Part shown: positions 16,101 through 33,038 of the stretch, one piece after another
How positions within the stretch are numbered: the stretch's first letter is position 1
Layout of the letters: each line of letters begins with the position of its first letter
Assembly: GCF_009914755.1 (NCBI RefSeq)
Contig: NC_060931.1
Origin: the human T2T-CHM13v2.0 reference genome, Homo sapiens
Direction: 5' to 3' (one strand)
DNA length: 64,000 bases
Translations under genes and position numbers: made by a program
Notes under the pieces: model-generated
Database searches by the model: none
What the model was told of the DNA's origin: nothing
What the model saw: the letters and a program-made list of their open reading frames with translations, nothing else

Positions 16101-16211
16101 TAGCAGAAGAAGCCCATTCTATTTGAGATTCAGAGATCGGCAAAATAAACTCAGTAGGCAAGAGGCATAGAGAAGGTTGGAAGTCCTATAGCAGCTTAAT
16201 TAAAGCGCCCT

Positions 16212-16579
<368 letters not shown>

Positions 16580-17978
16580 CTAGTTCTCCTGTCTTCTTTC
16601 ATGGCACCTGAGAGTTTGAAAAATAAAAGGTTATGAATTGTATGCATGCCATTTTTTTTTCTGTATTGTATGCATGAAACCATCAAAGATGGAATTCTTT
16701 CTACCTGTAGATATCCATTTCTCCTCCAAGAGATCTCAGGTCCCATGACAATGTCACCACTTCTGCTCCTCCTCTGCAAGTGTAATGAAGAGGGTATTTC
16801 AGTGGAAGCAATGTATTACTTTCCCTCTCTTGGATTATGACTTGAAAGAATAACATTCACACATTTGTGAACCTGTTCATGCCCCACTTCAGTTATCAGT
16901 ATTATTCCTCATTGCTTCCCTGCACATGTAGGTTAATATCCTCACTCACCTTTTCTATTCTTGCACCCCTTCCATGCAGGCAAAATGTTATACAGTTTTC
17001 AACCCTCATTGATCACATCCCAAACTCCCTCCACTTTGATCACTTGTAGTAGAGTCAGTGTCTCTCACCCATAAGACTTTGAGTTCTCATTAAACTGTGA
17101 AGTCAGAGCTTATTACATTTTTATCTTTGCATCCCTAGTACCTAGCAAAATGTCTGCCAGTGGCCAAATGCTCAGAAATTACTGGTAAATGATTTGAAGA
17201 TTTCCACTGACTATGCTGGTCTACCCTGTTCTGAACTTCACATCAAAACCTATATGTTGAGAGTTTTCATTATGACAAAAATATACTGTGGTCAACATCT
17301 TGAATGTAGTGTTAGTTATGATGATATATACCGTTTCTAAAATTTCTCCATATGCACATTGAAAATGAATACATTTTATTACATGTAAATTCTTAAGAGA
17401 TGTAATTTTAAAAAAGAGCTACTGAAATGCTAAACAAGACAGAAAAATGTCCCTCGAGATTCTTGCTATTGAGCTGACGACCAAATTCAGGCATTTGCAG
17501 AGTAGTTGACCTTCTCTTAAGAAGGAGCCCTCCTCTGTGCCCTCACTATAAGAAGGAGCCTCCCAACATTAGATTTTCTCTTGAAGAGCCCTTTGGACTG
17601 TTGTTCTGTCTGAGAGCTACTGGAGAATCTCTTTGATAGCTTTGCTTTTGACGGTTTTCTCTGGAGAAAGGTCTAATAGAAGCAAACAGTTAAAACCCTT
17701 TTCCATCCTTCACGTTTTTTAAAAAAAGTCTCCCTTTTAATATGATTTTCTAACTCTGTAGCTTCTTTGTGTCATTTTGTTCCTACAAGTGTTCATATAT
17801 ACTTTTAGGTCACATGCATTTCCACACACAATCTGAATGTTTCCTACACCATAGAGAAGGTGTTAGAGACTGGATACTTATACAATGTTATTTAGGGGTC
17901 GGGGAAGAGGGAGACTCTATTCCTTAAAACAAGGAACACAAAATTAAAAATATAAAACATGATATAAAAGTAAATATT

Positions 17979-18295
<317 letters not shown>

Positions 18296-18484
18296 TTATC
18301 TATAGTGAGACAAGTAATCAAAACCAAAATATGGAGGCTTGGAGATATAGGTCCCTTTCTTCCAGGAGCTCTCGGTAATTTACTAGAAATGCTTCCACAG
18401 AAATACTTTTGATTTAAAGATAGATTTTTCTTTCACCCAGAACTTTCTCTAAGTTCTACCAAATTATCTCAATTTGATTGTAAT

Positions 18485-19250
18485 TTAAATGGAAAACATA
18501 AAACTACAAACTTTTAGAATATAACATCGAGGCACATTTTTGAGCCCCAGGGCCTGCTGACATGTTCTTAGACATGATACCGAAAGCATAATCCATAAAG
18601 GAAAAAAAAAACAGAATTAATTGGACTTTATCAAAACTAAAAATATTTCATCTACGAAAGTAAAAAATGTATGTATGCACAACAATCTGTACATGATTGT
18701 TCACAGCATTTCTATTTTTAACGGCCCTAAACTGGAAAAACTAAAATACTCCTCAATAAGTGAATAGTTAAACAGGTTGTGGTACATCTATATCATGAAA
18801 TACTGCTCAGCAAAAACAAAAGAAGACCTAACAACAAGAAGAACAACAAAAGTGTTGTTAGATGCACCAACTTGGATGGATCTCAAGGGCAGTATGCTGA
18901 GTGAAAAAAGCCAATCTCATAAGGTCACAACCTTCTTGAAATAAAGACAATACAGGGATTGGAAACAGATTAGTGGTGGTCATGGGTTAACCATGGCTGT
19001 AGTGCAGGGAGAGGATGGGTCTGAGATGGAACAGTTTTGCATTTAGATTGTGGTAGTGCCTATACCTTACACATGTGATTAACTGATATAAACTATATAC
19101 ATATATTGTATCAATGTCAATTTCCTGGTTTAAATAGTGTGCTATAGTTACGTTAAATGAATTCATGGCAGAAACTTGATGAAAAGTACCCAGGACCCCC
19201 CTGTCTTTGCACCTTCTAGTGAATTCATAATTATTTCAAAATAAAAAATT
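18485..19250 (+). mobile_element. L1MC-like 3' end with an internal deletion
   Basis: AAAACTACAAACTTTTAGAA...GGATGGATCTCAAGGGCAGTATGCTGAGTGAAAAAAGCCAATCTCA...ATTATTTCAAAATAAAAAATTT. Confidence 0.8.
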
Positions 19251-19518
19251 TAAAGCTTAAATGTTAGCACTTACACAAGTGGATTACTTTATTACTTCTG
19301 GGATATGTACAAATTTGGGTCCTCTTAGTGTCTCCATGATTTTACATGAGGTTGTTCTAACATAAAAAAAAAAAAACAAACTACGTAAAGAGTGTTTTTA
19401 AAAGTGAGAAGAAACTACTGCTAGTTTGAGAAAGGGCTAGATCCTAATCAGTAAATAGAAAATCAGTTAACATTCAAATCATGTTTAATTATTTTATCTT
19501 GGAATGCACACGATTACT

Positions 19519-19833
19519 GTTTTATTTTTTACTTTTTAGAGACAGCGTCTAGCTCTGTCACCCAGGCTGGAGCACAGTGGCATGAACACAGCTCACTGCA
19601 ACCTCCTCATCCCAGGCTCATGTGATACTCCAACCTCAGCCTCCTGAGTGGCTGGGACCACTGGAATATGGCACATACCTGGCTTTTTTGTTTGTTTGTT
19701 TTAATTTTTCTTGTAGAGATGAGGTCTCATTATGTTGCCCAGGCTGGTCTCAAACTCCTGGGTTCAAGCGGTTCTCCTGCTTTCCAGCCTCCCAAAGTGC
19801 TGGGATTACAGGTGTTAGCCACCACACCCAGCC
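19519..19833 (-). mobile_element. AluJ
   Basis: Diverged antisense Alu, GTAGAGATGAGGTCTCATTATGTTGCCCAGG. Confidence 0.9.
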
Positions 19834-20829
19834 TATGATTATGATTTTATTCATTAGTCTATGTACCAATATTTAAAAGAAGAATTTGTATCTTGCATGT
19901 GTGCACAATTATACCTTACACATAAATGAGTTTGAAATGGTAAAACGGCAAACCTCTAGACTATGACAGCCAAAGACAGGTATTTGATCCTTGAAAATAG
20001 AAAATAATATAGGCAATGACTTTTGCAAAATAGTGAGATATTTCCAGGTAACATTTATTCTGAAGGATTTGCTTTCCTATCACTGCAAAGATGGCCTTTT
20101 CAACCCTCTCACCATCATCTCATTTGCTGAGATGAGAGAGAGGAGAGAGGGGACAAATGGATATACAGATATATGGGGGCTGGGGGAGACAGAGAGAAAC
20201 TGTGTTTTCTGGGGCAGGCATAGGTAACATTTACAGATACCTGTCCAAAGTACACACATATATTTCTATAGTCCTAGCATTGCACACGTATTACTCTAAA
20301 ATGCTGGCATTTTCTGTCAATCTGCTTGGTAGCAAATGCTGAGGAACAAACCAATCACTGGATCTAGGAGCCAAGAACTAACAGAGACTCTGTGCTTTAT
20401 GTGTGAGCATTTAACTACTGTAGATGGAGACCTGCACGTATTTAAATTGAATATCAGTCCTGTGTAAAGAGTGATTATTCTGATGCTTCTCCGCATCAGA
20501 TATAAAGTTATATGGAGTCCAAAGACCATCAATAGAGGATTACTCGTAGCCCATCTAATTTTGGAAAACAATAGAGGAGTTTTCTGGTGTGAGGTGAACA
20601 GCCTGCTGTTTTCTTTGCCTGGAATGCATTTTCCTCCTCTTCCATGCTTCACCTCCACTCCCCTTACCTAGTTAATACCCACTCATGGCTCAACATTTGC
20701 TCAGCTGGTGTTTACCTACGAAGCCTTCTTATTCCTTAGATGAAAATAATTACCCCATGTTCCACTGCCCAGTCAGAGTTAAACAGAACTTCTTTTTTTT
20801 TATTTTTCTTTTTAAGAATATAGAGTCTT

Positions 20830-21195
<366 letters not shown>

Positions 21196-21950
21196 TCATT
21201 ATCTCTCTCTTCTTCAAACCTGTAACAAAACTCCATAAGGAAAGAAATTTCATTGTGTTTGTATTTGTCTCCATAGAATCTAGTATAATGCTATGTGTAC
21301 ATATGTACACATATGCGTGTACATACGTGCATGCACACACAGACTTACATACACAGGGCTTGCAGAGGAATAAATTCTGCTTTTAAATTTTCTATTTAAA
21401 AAGATACTTCAAAATTCCCTTCAAATTTGATGAAACCAAAAGTTTGATTTACCCAGACGTTGAGGTTTTTTCTTTTATGGGATATACAATTATTCCATAG
21501 TGACATGTCCTAAGATAATTTTCATATTCATAGAGGAGGCTGAAGGTAGGATTTTGTGAATCTTTGATAATAGTTACATGAATGTTGAATGTTTGTATAT
21601 TGAACTTGCATATTCTATTAATACCATCTCTGGAAATAGGGTCATTTGGTTATACCAAGTTTTTTGTATTTACATATTTCAAGAATATCTATTTAAATAT
21701 ATGTAACTAGAGCTACTGGCAGATAACTTAGGTCTATATGGAAATTATGAATAAACAAAAGTAGATGTGAATGAAGCCAAGAAACTCCTAGTGATATAAC
21801 ATGAAGTCTTTACTCAAGCTTTGTTTAGAACCAGTAACAGGGGATTTTACTCTTTTCGTGCAATGGTCCATTTGTCAGTCTAATTAAAAAAAACCACAAA
21901 ACACCCTCCTCGGAGTAATATAATGTTATTAAATACATAAAATGAAATAC

Positions 21951-22392
<442 letters not shown>

Positions 22393-22516
22393 CTAATACT
22401 TTTCAAAGTTTTCCATATTTGTTTGCTGCTTATGAAAACCAAATTAATGATGTTTTTTCCTGAATAATCTCATCATGACCTTATTCTTATAATGAAAGAA
22501 AACAGAATGCTAAAGC

Positions 22517-22691
22517 TAGGGTTGACAGATAAAATATAGAACATAGCTTAATTGAATTTTAGATAAATAATTTAAAAATAGTATAAATATGTACCAAGTA
22601 TTGCATGGGTCTTACTAAAAATTTGTTATTTATCTCAAATTCAAATTTAAATGGACATCCTGTATTTTTATTTGCTAAGCAGGCAACCCTT
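22517..22691 (-). mobile_element. MER53-like palindromic hAT MITE
   Basis: Terminal inverted repeats TAGGGTTGAC / GGCAACCCT; internal arms TTGAATTTTAGATAAATAA / TTATTTATCTCAAATTCAA. Confidence 0.8.
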
Positions 22692-24769
22692 CAAAAACTG
22701 GTCTAGGTTAACAAATGTTAGCGATAAAATTGCCATGATCATGCCCTAAGGAAGTAGAATCGGATCTACTAAGATTCTTATTTTATCTCCGCCTGAAAAA
22801 TATTAGCCTTATGGGTTGGTTTCAGACCTGTCCCTACATCATATTTTATGAGTTTTGGGAAGGCAAATATTTGCTAAAATAAGATTTAATTCTGTGCTTT
22901 AATGTTTTATTGATGATAATATAAAAGTGGTAATAAAAGAATACTTCACTTTTGCAAAAGGCAATTGAATATACTGACTGATATTTTTCCAGAAAGTCTG
23001 TCTAGTTGTAGTGACAAGAAGAAAATATCTCTTCCTAGATTATCTATTGAAATTCCTTTTATCAGCAAGAAAGTGTAATTCACTACGTTTTCTCTTTTGC
23101 CTTTCTGCAAAAGGCTAAGAGTTCAGATAATAATGTTTAATAGTTATTAAAGTGAACTTATCTATCCTTTTGTTTAAACATTTTGATACATGTCCGCATT
23201 TTATTTTCATTTTAACTATCTTATTTTATTCATGTTATTTTTCTAAGCCTGATCAATTTTTACAGAATGATCAGATTATAAGTCCTAAATGAAATGCCAC
23301 TAATTTGAATCATATTCAGAATGTAATTTGTTAAGTAACAAATTTTACAAGAAATGTGATAGATCATGCAAAAATTATAGGTCTTAAATCCTACATATCT
23401 CGAATCAAATTATTTTAATACTAATTTTCATTGCAATTAAAGGATTCAGTAAGGATTGTAAGTACTTTCCATTATACTGAAGACTTGGAACAAGTTCTGA
23501 TTATTACATATTTTAGCATAGATGACAGGATGCATGCAATGTATCAGCATGTAAAATGAAGGAAAGATAGAAAAACAGTTGCGACAATTTTGTGCAGTAG
23601 TACTATCGTGCTGCTATACAAGTAAAACAATTTAATCACACATAACATAGTAATAATGCTTACTTATTGCTAGAAAAACAGGATTTTAATTATTTTAATG
23701 ATAAATCTGCTTTATAATTAGGCAGAAAAGCAAGCTGTGAAAAAGCAACTTTAGTATTTAATTCTAGTGTTAATTTCAAAAACAAAAACAAAAAAAACCC
23801 CTGAAAAACAAAAGAACACAAAGACAGGTTGAAATGTTCCTTTTAGGGTATTACATGCTGTACAGTGCTTTGTAGTTTAAAAAGTTTTATGCCCATGCCT
23901 GAATGCATTTTGATTCTCAAAGCATCTTTTGGGGTAGGTTTGGCAGGCACTATTGTTCATTCCTACAAATAGTTTAAAATTTTTAAGAAAAACATTTTAG
24001 TACTTTATTGAAAATCCTATATTTGCAGCCTTCATTCTTAATGTTTGTAGCACATTGAATTTTATTGATTGTAAGACAAATTTATTTCAACTGGATTGTT
24101 GAAATAAACTCTAAATAACTCTAAAAATAAACTCTAAAAATCATGGTCACGGAGGTTGAGTCAGATTATGCTTGCCATTTACCTGTGCATGTGCAAACCT
24201 CAAATACCTCAGCCTTAAAACTTGGAGAATGAGTGTTCCTGTGGAAGATTATTCTTCAGAGATGATAGTGGAGTACTCTTGAAAACCCTAGGTACCAAAT
24301 TGCTGCAGAAGTATTTGAAGGACCTGGTGAATCTAATATGTTTTACCAACATACTACAAGTTGAAATCAAAAGTTGACTGCTCGTACATAATTGCAAAGT
24401 CAGATGTCAGATGCCAACATCAAAAGCTCTTCAAAAATACCACATAACCAATGCTCTTTGTAACCCAAGGGATGACACTGTGTGGAAAAGCACAAACATC
24501 AAGAACTCTAAACCTAAAAGTGATTTAGACAAGTTAAATTCCAAATGTGAAGTAATTATAGACTGTTAATATATTTGCCTTATAAATTTGTATGTATATG
24601 CATGATAAAAATCTATCACTAATTAAGGGTAAAAAACTTGCAACAAAAATAAGCTTTCTAGATATTAAAAAGCATATCATTTAATTGAATAGATGTTTTC
24701 CTTCTTGTTACACAGAATAAGGTGTATCTATGTAATAAAGACGTGTAGGATTTGAGTAATGCTGTGCTA

Positions 24770-25310
24770 AATACTTACTATCTTGAGTTCTGGTTTGGAG
24801 CTATATTGTCCCATTTATCTGTCTGTCAATTCTTATGCTAGTACCACAACATTTCAATTATTTTATGCCTGTAAGACATGCTAACATTTTAGGGTAAGAT
24901 ATTATTTCTCTATTATTCTTCATTTGCAAAATTCGCTTGGCTATTATTTCATATTAGTTTTTCAAATGTAACTGCAGAATTAGAATGCAGAATTGCTTCT
25001 CAAGCACACCACACTGTGCAGCAAGTGAAACTGCACTGGAGTCATGAGCAATAGGCATTTTCCACACTTGGGATCTAGAAACACAAGATGCCTTTCCATT
25101 TTTTCTGTTTTTCAAACGTTACTGTGTTTGGTAAAGAAGGTTGTTTTTTTTTTGTTTGTTTTTTGTTTTCTGCTCTGGGCTATATATCTTTCAATGTTAA
25201 CTTTATTCTCTAATAGATTATTTCTTCTGCTTATTGCTGAAAGATGAACAACAAATTTTATGAAGATTTGTGTAAGAATAGTGGATGAAAATTTTGGTAG
25301 ATGTTAGCAT
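24770..25310 (-). mobile_element. Ancient L1 (L1ME-like) fragment
   Basis: TATATTGTCCCATTTATCTGTCTGTCAATTCTTATGCTAGTACCACA resembles antisense ORF2. Confidence 0.55.
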
Positions 25311-26527
25311 TTGCTTATTTGGAAACACACGCTTAGAGAACATTCCCACTCTGACCAGACTAGAAATCTGAGGTTTGACAAGAGTGACTTAATTTCACAC
25401 CTTCTCTCTCTGTCTTTTTTTTTTCGTGTAAAGAAAACAGTCATCAGCATAAGATTTAAAATCTTAAATGTACAATATGTTTGACTCATCTGATACGTTC
25501 CGCCTTTGCTGCAATGGCCTTCAATACAGTAAAAATAACCACACTCATGCGTTAGAATCATCTGTGCAAACTAAAGTATATGGCAAAATTTTAAAGAAAT
25601 CACCAACTTCAATTAATTTATTTTGAAAGAAAGAAAAGGAATTTGCAGTAATACTTGAAACATTTAAAATGAGGATTTTTTAAAAATATGCTATTAAAAA
25701 TATGAATTTATTTAAGACAATCTGAGATGACTGAATTGTAAATTGTGTAAAAGGCAATTTAGAATTTTTAAATTATCAATGTATGTAAAATATAGGATAT
25801 TTCATTTGTTGCATTGTTAAATTATTGCTTATTTTTTAATAGCATAAAATAAAGTAAAGGCTATGTTTTAGACCAATGTTAGTTTTTACTCTTATCTATA
25901 TATAATTGGTAAATGGAGAAAATGTCAGTGAGAAATCTAAAATCAAAATAAGATATGATTTTTAAATAAATTGTACAGTAATTTTTCTGTTGAAATTATG
26001 AACAATATAAATATTTTATCATAGTTTTCTGTAGTTTTCAAAATATCATATTTGTGGATATAACCCCTGTTTAATCATAAAAAATTATAAATGACTAAAG
26101 ATAAAAGAGGAAAGGAAATAGAGAAGAAGCTATTGTAAAAAGAATTGAAAAGCAGTGTTTTCCTGCTATTTAACTTTGAAACAGAAAACTTTTTTTGTTG
26201 CAATGATTCTTCACTACAATACCAAAATTCTGAAGAGAATGTTTTCAGGTTACCATATCACCAAATCAGCATAGCCAGAGACCAAACAGTGAGCTCTAAA
26301 CTATCTTTACTAGATTTGAAACTCCAGCATATTATATTTACCAAGGTAAATTATCCCTCTTATGACAAGTTTTTGTTATCCTAACTGATAATTTAGAAAA
26401 CTAAAGGTCATTTAGTGTAAAAAACATAGTTGAAATACAATTACTTTCTCATATGTATCTTAAAATGATATTTCAAACTTCCTTATGCAGTGTTGCTATC
26501 TGTTAATTCTCCCATATATCTTATTGA

Positions 26528-26840
<313 letters not shown>

Positions 26841-28202
26841 AACTAGCTTTAACTAGAATATTATCTTCAGCCTGGCAGTTAAACAATTTAGTCCAGTAGT
26901 TACATACCTTAAGAACATTTAGAGAAAACACCAAAAAATTACTAAAAATTCTGGTAAAATTAATACCCATGACTAGAGATATGAAAGTCTGGCATTAACT
27001 AAGTTGAGAAAGAGCTGTTGGAACAGTCTGGAGAATAATATGAAATGTTAGAATGCAAGGTCAATGAACAGATGGTTCTGCATTTTTATAGCTAACACTA
27101 CTAATTGGAATGGATTTAAAATTTAGCAAACAGAGTTCTTCAAGTGCAAATTGTTAAGAAAGAGAGGCATACATTCTTTCTAAGTGGCTTGGTGGTTGTA
27201 CTTGATTATTATGGACTGGATGTGGACTAGATAATAAGATATAAAATTGACAAGAGATACCATGGCCTGATAATGGTACTCATTTTTTATGTGTATGCAT
27301 AATTTAAGCTATGTTTTTCACTCATATGTTCTAATCACTTTGCATTTTTTCTCCTGTACTGTGTGGGATTTGAGAGTCGAGGTGAAAGGAAGAACCCAAA
27401 CAAAGAGATTGTTCTTAAAGGCATGTTAGGGTCCTTTGGGTTAATTATACAAGGTTTGCTGACAGCGCCTGATAAGACCGTTGAGGTCATTCTGTTGTTG
27501 ACGTCTCTTCAATCTCAATACGCCACTCAGCAAAGGCCAAGGCAGATAGAGCTTTTCCACTATCTTTATAGCACAAAATGCTACGCTGAAGAGAGAAAAC
27601 ACACACTCTCTCTCTCATTCTTACACCCACACAAAACCTGAGAAGCCCAAACTGCCACACACTTTGTTGATGACAAGGTCAGCATGATACCTTAGAACCA
27701 TTCATTTCTTTCCACTCCACTTCACTTTCAATATGCAATTTTAAACATCATAATTTTTACCACCAGAATGTTACAAAAAATGTCTGCTAATTGCTTTGTG
27801 TCCAAAAAAGAAACCAAAAGAAAATGGTATTTTGCTTTAGACACTAACAAAATGTAAAGGGTAAATGAAGCTATGTCTTAGTAGTATGGCAGAGGCAGAG
27901 GAGCAGGGCAAGAAACGGTATGTAAGACACGAACTAGTCACTAGTCTCACAGTTCTACTGAAAAGTGAGCTTTATCTAGTTGATGACATCATGCAGCCCC
28001 ATGAATAATAAATGAATACATATTTATTGAGTGCTTATTAAGACCTCCGCAAAGCTCTGCCTCTGTATAAATGAGTGAGATGAAAGCACTGTTCTCACAG
28101 GAAGGTTATAAAGGAGCTGGGGGAAACATTAATGCAAGACACAGATCATAAGAGAGAAACTTCATAGTAAAAACGATAAAGAACACATGAGTTCTTCCAG
28201 AG

Positions 28203-28918
28203 CAGGGGTCCCCAACCCCTGGGCCGTGGACCTGGTACCTGTAGTGGCCTGTTAGGAACCAGGCTGCACAGCAGGAGGTGAGCAGCGGTGAGCCAGGAAA
28301 GCTTCATCTGTATTTACAGCCGCTCCCCATTGCTCACATTACCACCTGAGCTTGGCCTCCTGTCAGATCGTCTGTGGCATTAGAGTCTCACAGGAGAGTG
28401 AATCCTATTGTCAACTGTGCATGCAAATGAGCTGGGTTGTGTATTCCTTGTAAGAATGTAACTGGCTGGGTGCCATGGCTCATGCCTATAATCCCAGCAC
28501 TTTGGGAGGCTAAGGTGGGTGGATCATTTGAGGTCAGGAGTTCAAAATCAGCCTGACCAGCATGGTGAAACCCTGTCTCTACTAAAAATACACAAATTAG
28601 CTGGGAGTGATTGTGCATGCCTGTAATCCCAGCTACTCAGGAGGCTGAGGCAGGAGAAGTGCTTGAGCCCGGGAGGCAAAGGTTGCAGTGAGCAGAGATC
28701 ACTGCTCTCCAGCCTGGGTGACAGAAGATCACTGCTCTCCAGCCTGGGTGACAGAGCAAGACTCGGTCCAAAGGAAAAAAAAAGAAAAAGAGAGACAGAG
28801 AGAATCTAACTAATGCCTGATGATCTAACGTGGGACAGTTCCATCCTGAAATATTTACCCTACACCCAAGTTTCATGGGAAACCCATCCCTGCTGCCAAA
28901 AATGGATGGGGGCTGCTG
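28203..28918 (+). mobile_element. MER1-like hAT-Charlie MITE interrupted by an Alu
   Basis: Starts CAGGGGTCCCCAAC and ends GGGGGCTGCTG; 8-bp TSD TTCCAGAG / CTCCAGAG (7/8 match). Confidence 0.88.
28464..28800 (+). mobile_element. AluS nested in MER1, with an internal 30-bp tandem duplication
   Basis: TSD AGAATGTAACT / AGAATCTAACT. Confidence 0.93.
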
Positions 28919-29603
28919 CTCCAGAGGACCGATAGTGCATGACCATTAATCTGTGTCATGGGAGAATAAGGTTTTTTTGTTTGATTGTTTTTTATTGTTT
29001 TTTATTTTATTTTTTTTTGGAGCCCCCTTCTGGGCAAGAAAGAAAGGGATCGATGAAAAATATGCCTCCTATACAGAACCAAGACTAAAAGGGTCGAGGT
29101 GGAATAAAATGTTCCTATAGTTCGTAAGCAGCCGTAGTTTGGAGTGCTTTGGCATGTATCAATGGAAAGCCAGGATAGTGTGGTTAGGAATCCATACTCT
29201 GTAAAAAAAAAAAAAAAAAAAAAAACCCTGCCTGTGCCATTTGGCATGCTTAGTTCAATTATTTTGAATGCTATAAAAATAGAGATGGAGGAGAAAAAAA
29301 GATTTCAAAGTGGGAAATGAAATAGGAAGAATGTTCAGGCAGAGATTGAGGCAAGAAGGGAGTAGAGCCCAGGCAGATCTTATCAATGTGAATCAGTCTC
29401 ACCATAAGTCCTAACTTCCCTGTTGGGAAAGCAACAGCTCAACCAGAGACCAGAATCATAGGTTACTGAAATTGAAGGGCCCAGAGAAGTCATCTTGTCA
29501 AGCTTCTGCATCTTTTTTATCTCATGGATCCTACTGACTGGTCATACCCTCCAAAATTCTGAGATTTAAAAAATGCTTACAATAAGTTATTTTTCTCTGT
29601 TAA

Positions 29604-30110
<507 letters not shown>

Positions 30111-30201
30111 TGAGATGAGTTGTGGTTGCTAAAAACATAAACTTACTACCACTCTATGATATTATTTTTCCACACTGGCTTTTAATAAATACGAAGCCAC
30201 A

Positions 30202-30503
<302 letters not shown>

Positions 30504-31636
30504 AGAAGCCACAGAAACATGGATTAAAGCAAAATTTCCACACATAACCTTAGTGAAAGTTAAAACAAACTAGGATTCTAAATAGTCCCCAAAGTGTATA
30601 TTAATTTACAATTAATTTATTCAGAAGTTTTACTTGAAAACTTTTCTCTAGCATTTATAACTCTTCTTATTTATGCTGTTAAGTGTCATGGTATATATTT
30701 AAATCACACTTGTTTGGAATAACAAGTTTGTTTTCACTAAACATTTCTGATGTATTAATATCATCTGCTTTTTACCTGCTATCAGTAGGAATGTTAACAG
30801 ATTTCGATATCTTGTCTCGTTAACACCAAACAATGGGTGTTAAGATGTTTTTTAAAAAAATTCCTTGTTCTCATGATTATATATAATATATGTTATATAT
30901 TATATATAATATACTTAATTTATAACTATTGTATATAGTGCATAATTTTCAAAGACAAAAACAATTGAATAAGAGATAGACTTTCTTCTTATAAGTTCAT
31001 CAGTTTCAAATAATCTTGCATGTATTACCCTTCCTTTTTATTGTCGTGTTAATAAAGCAGTTTTAAATATAGCTGAGCTTAAAATCAGAATGTGTGACTT
31101 TTCTGTTAGTTCATAGTAAGTTACCACAAGGCCTGGGCCCTTGGTTAAAGGGTTTGCCTGATTAGGTCAGGCTTATTCAGGATGATTTCCACTTTGATTA
31201 ATTCAGAGTCAGCTTGTAAGAGTTCCTAATTACATCTAAAAAATTCTGCCAAATTCTATTCGCCAGAAATAAATCACAAGTTCTGTCAATATTCATGGTA
31301 GGATGTGGGTGGGGAACGAGGTCATACATAGGTGTCCGGTACTAAGGTGTGACAATCACAGATGCCATCATAGAATTCTCATTACTACCTAAGAACGAAT
31401 TCAACAGCAGTATTTCACCCGGAACATAGTAGCTCTCATTTCTAACTTCTCTCCTGTCTGAGCTACTTATGGCATAATGAAAACAAAAACGAAGAGCTAA
31501 TTGCAAACTTATGCATCTATAAAAATTTTCATTTAAAGTTAATATTGTTATGTGTGTATTTGGTCCTGTCATTAGGATGTTAGCTGGTTATTTTGCTCGT
31601 TAGTTGACGCAGTTTTCTTCCTAGCCTTGATGGTCT

Positions 31637-32296
31637 TTACATTTTGGCATGTTTTTGCAGTGGCTGGTACTGGTTGTTCCTTTCTATGTTTAGTGCTTCC
31701 CTAAGGAGGTCTTTTAGGGCAGGCCTGGTGGTGACAAAATCTCTCAGCATTTGTTTGTCTGTAAAGTATTTTATTTCTCCTTCACTTATGAAGCTTAGTT
31801 TGGCTGGATATGAAATTCTGGGTTGAAAATTATTTTCTTTAAGAATGTTGAATATTGGCCCCCACTCTCTTCTGGCTTGTAGAGTTTCTACCGAGAGATC
31901 CGCTGTTAGTCTGATGGGTTTCCCTTTGCAGGTAACCCGACCTTTCTCTCTGGCTACCCTTAACATTTTTTCCTTCATTTCAACTTTGGTGAATCTGACA
32001 ATTATGTGTCTTGGAGTTGCTCTTCTCGAGGAGTATCTCTGTGGCGTTCTTTGTATTTCCTGAATCTGAATGTTGGCCTGCCTTGCTAGATTGGGGAAGT
32101 TCTTCTGGATAATATCCTGCAGAGTGTTTTCCAACTTGATTCCATTCTCCGTGTCACTTTCAGGTACACCAATCAGATGTAGATTTGGTCTTTTCACATA
32201 GTCCCATATTTCTTGGAGGCTTTGTTCATTTCTTTTTATTCTTTTTTCTCTAAACTTCCCTTCTCGCTTCATTTCATTCATTTCGTCTTCCATCAC
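31637..32296 (-). pseudogene. LINE-1 ORF1p C-terminal remnant (coiled-coil end, RRM, CTD)
   Basis: WDYVKRPNL, RATPRHIIVRF, REKG, YPAKLSF motifs; 5'-truncated with no promoter. Confidence 0.93.
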
Positions 32297-32318
32297 TGAT
32301 ACCCTTTCTTCCAGTTGA

Positions 32319-33038
<720 letters not shown>

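Noticed and set aside
24200-24500. Exon-like composition
   Set aside because: No consistent acceptor/donor pair; may be an ancient LINE remnant
31637-32296. 219-aa ORF as a functional gene
   Set aside because: 5'-truncated L1 ORF1 inside an inverted dead insertion, with no promoter
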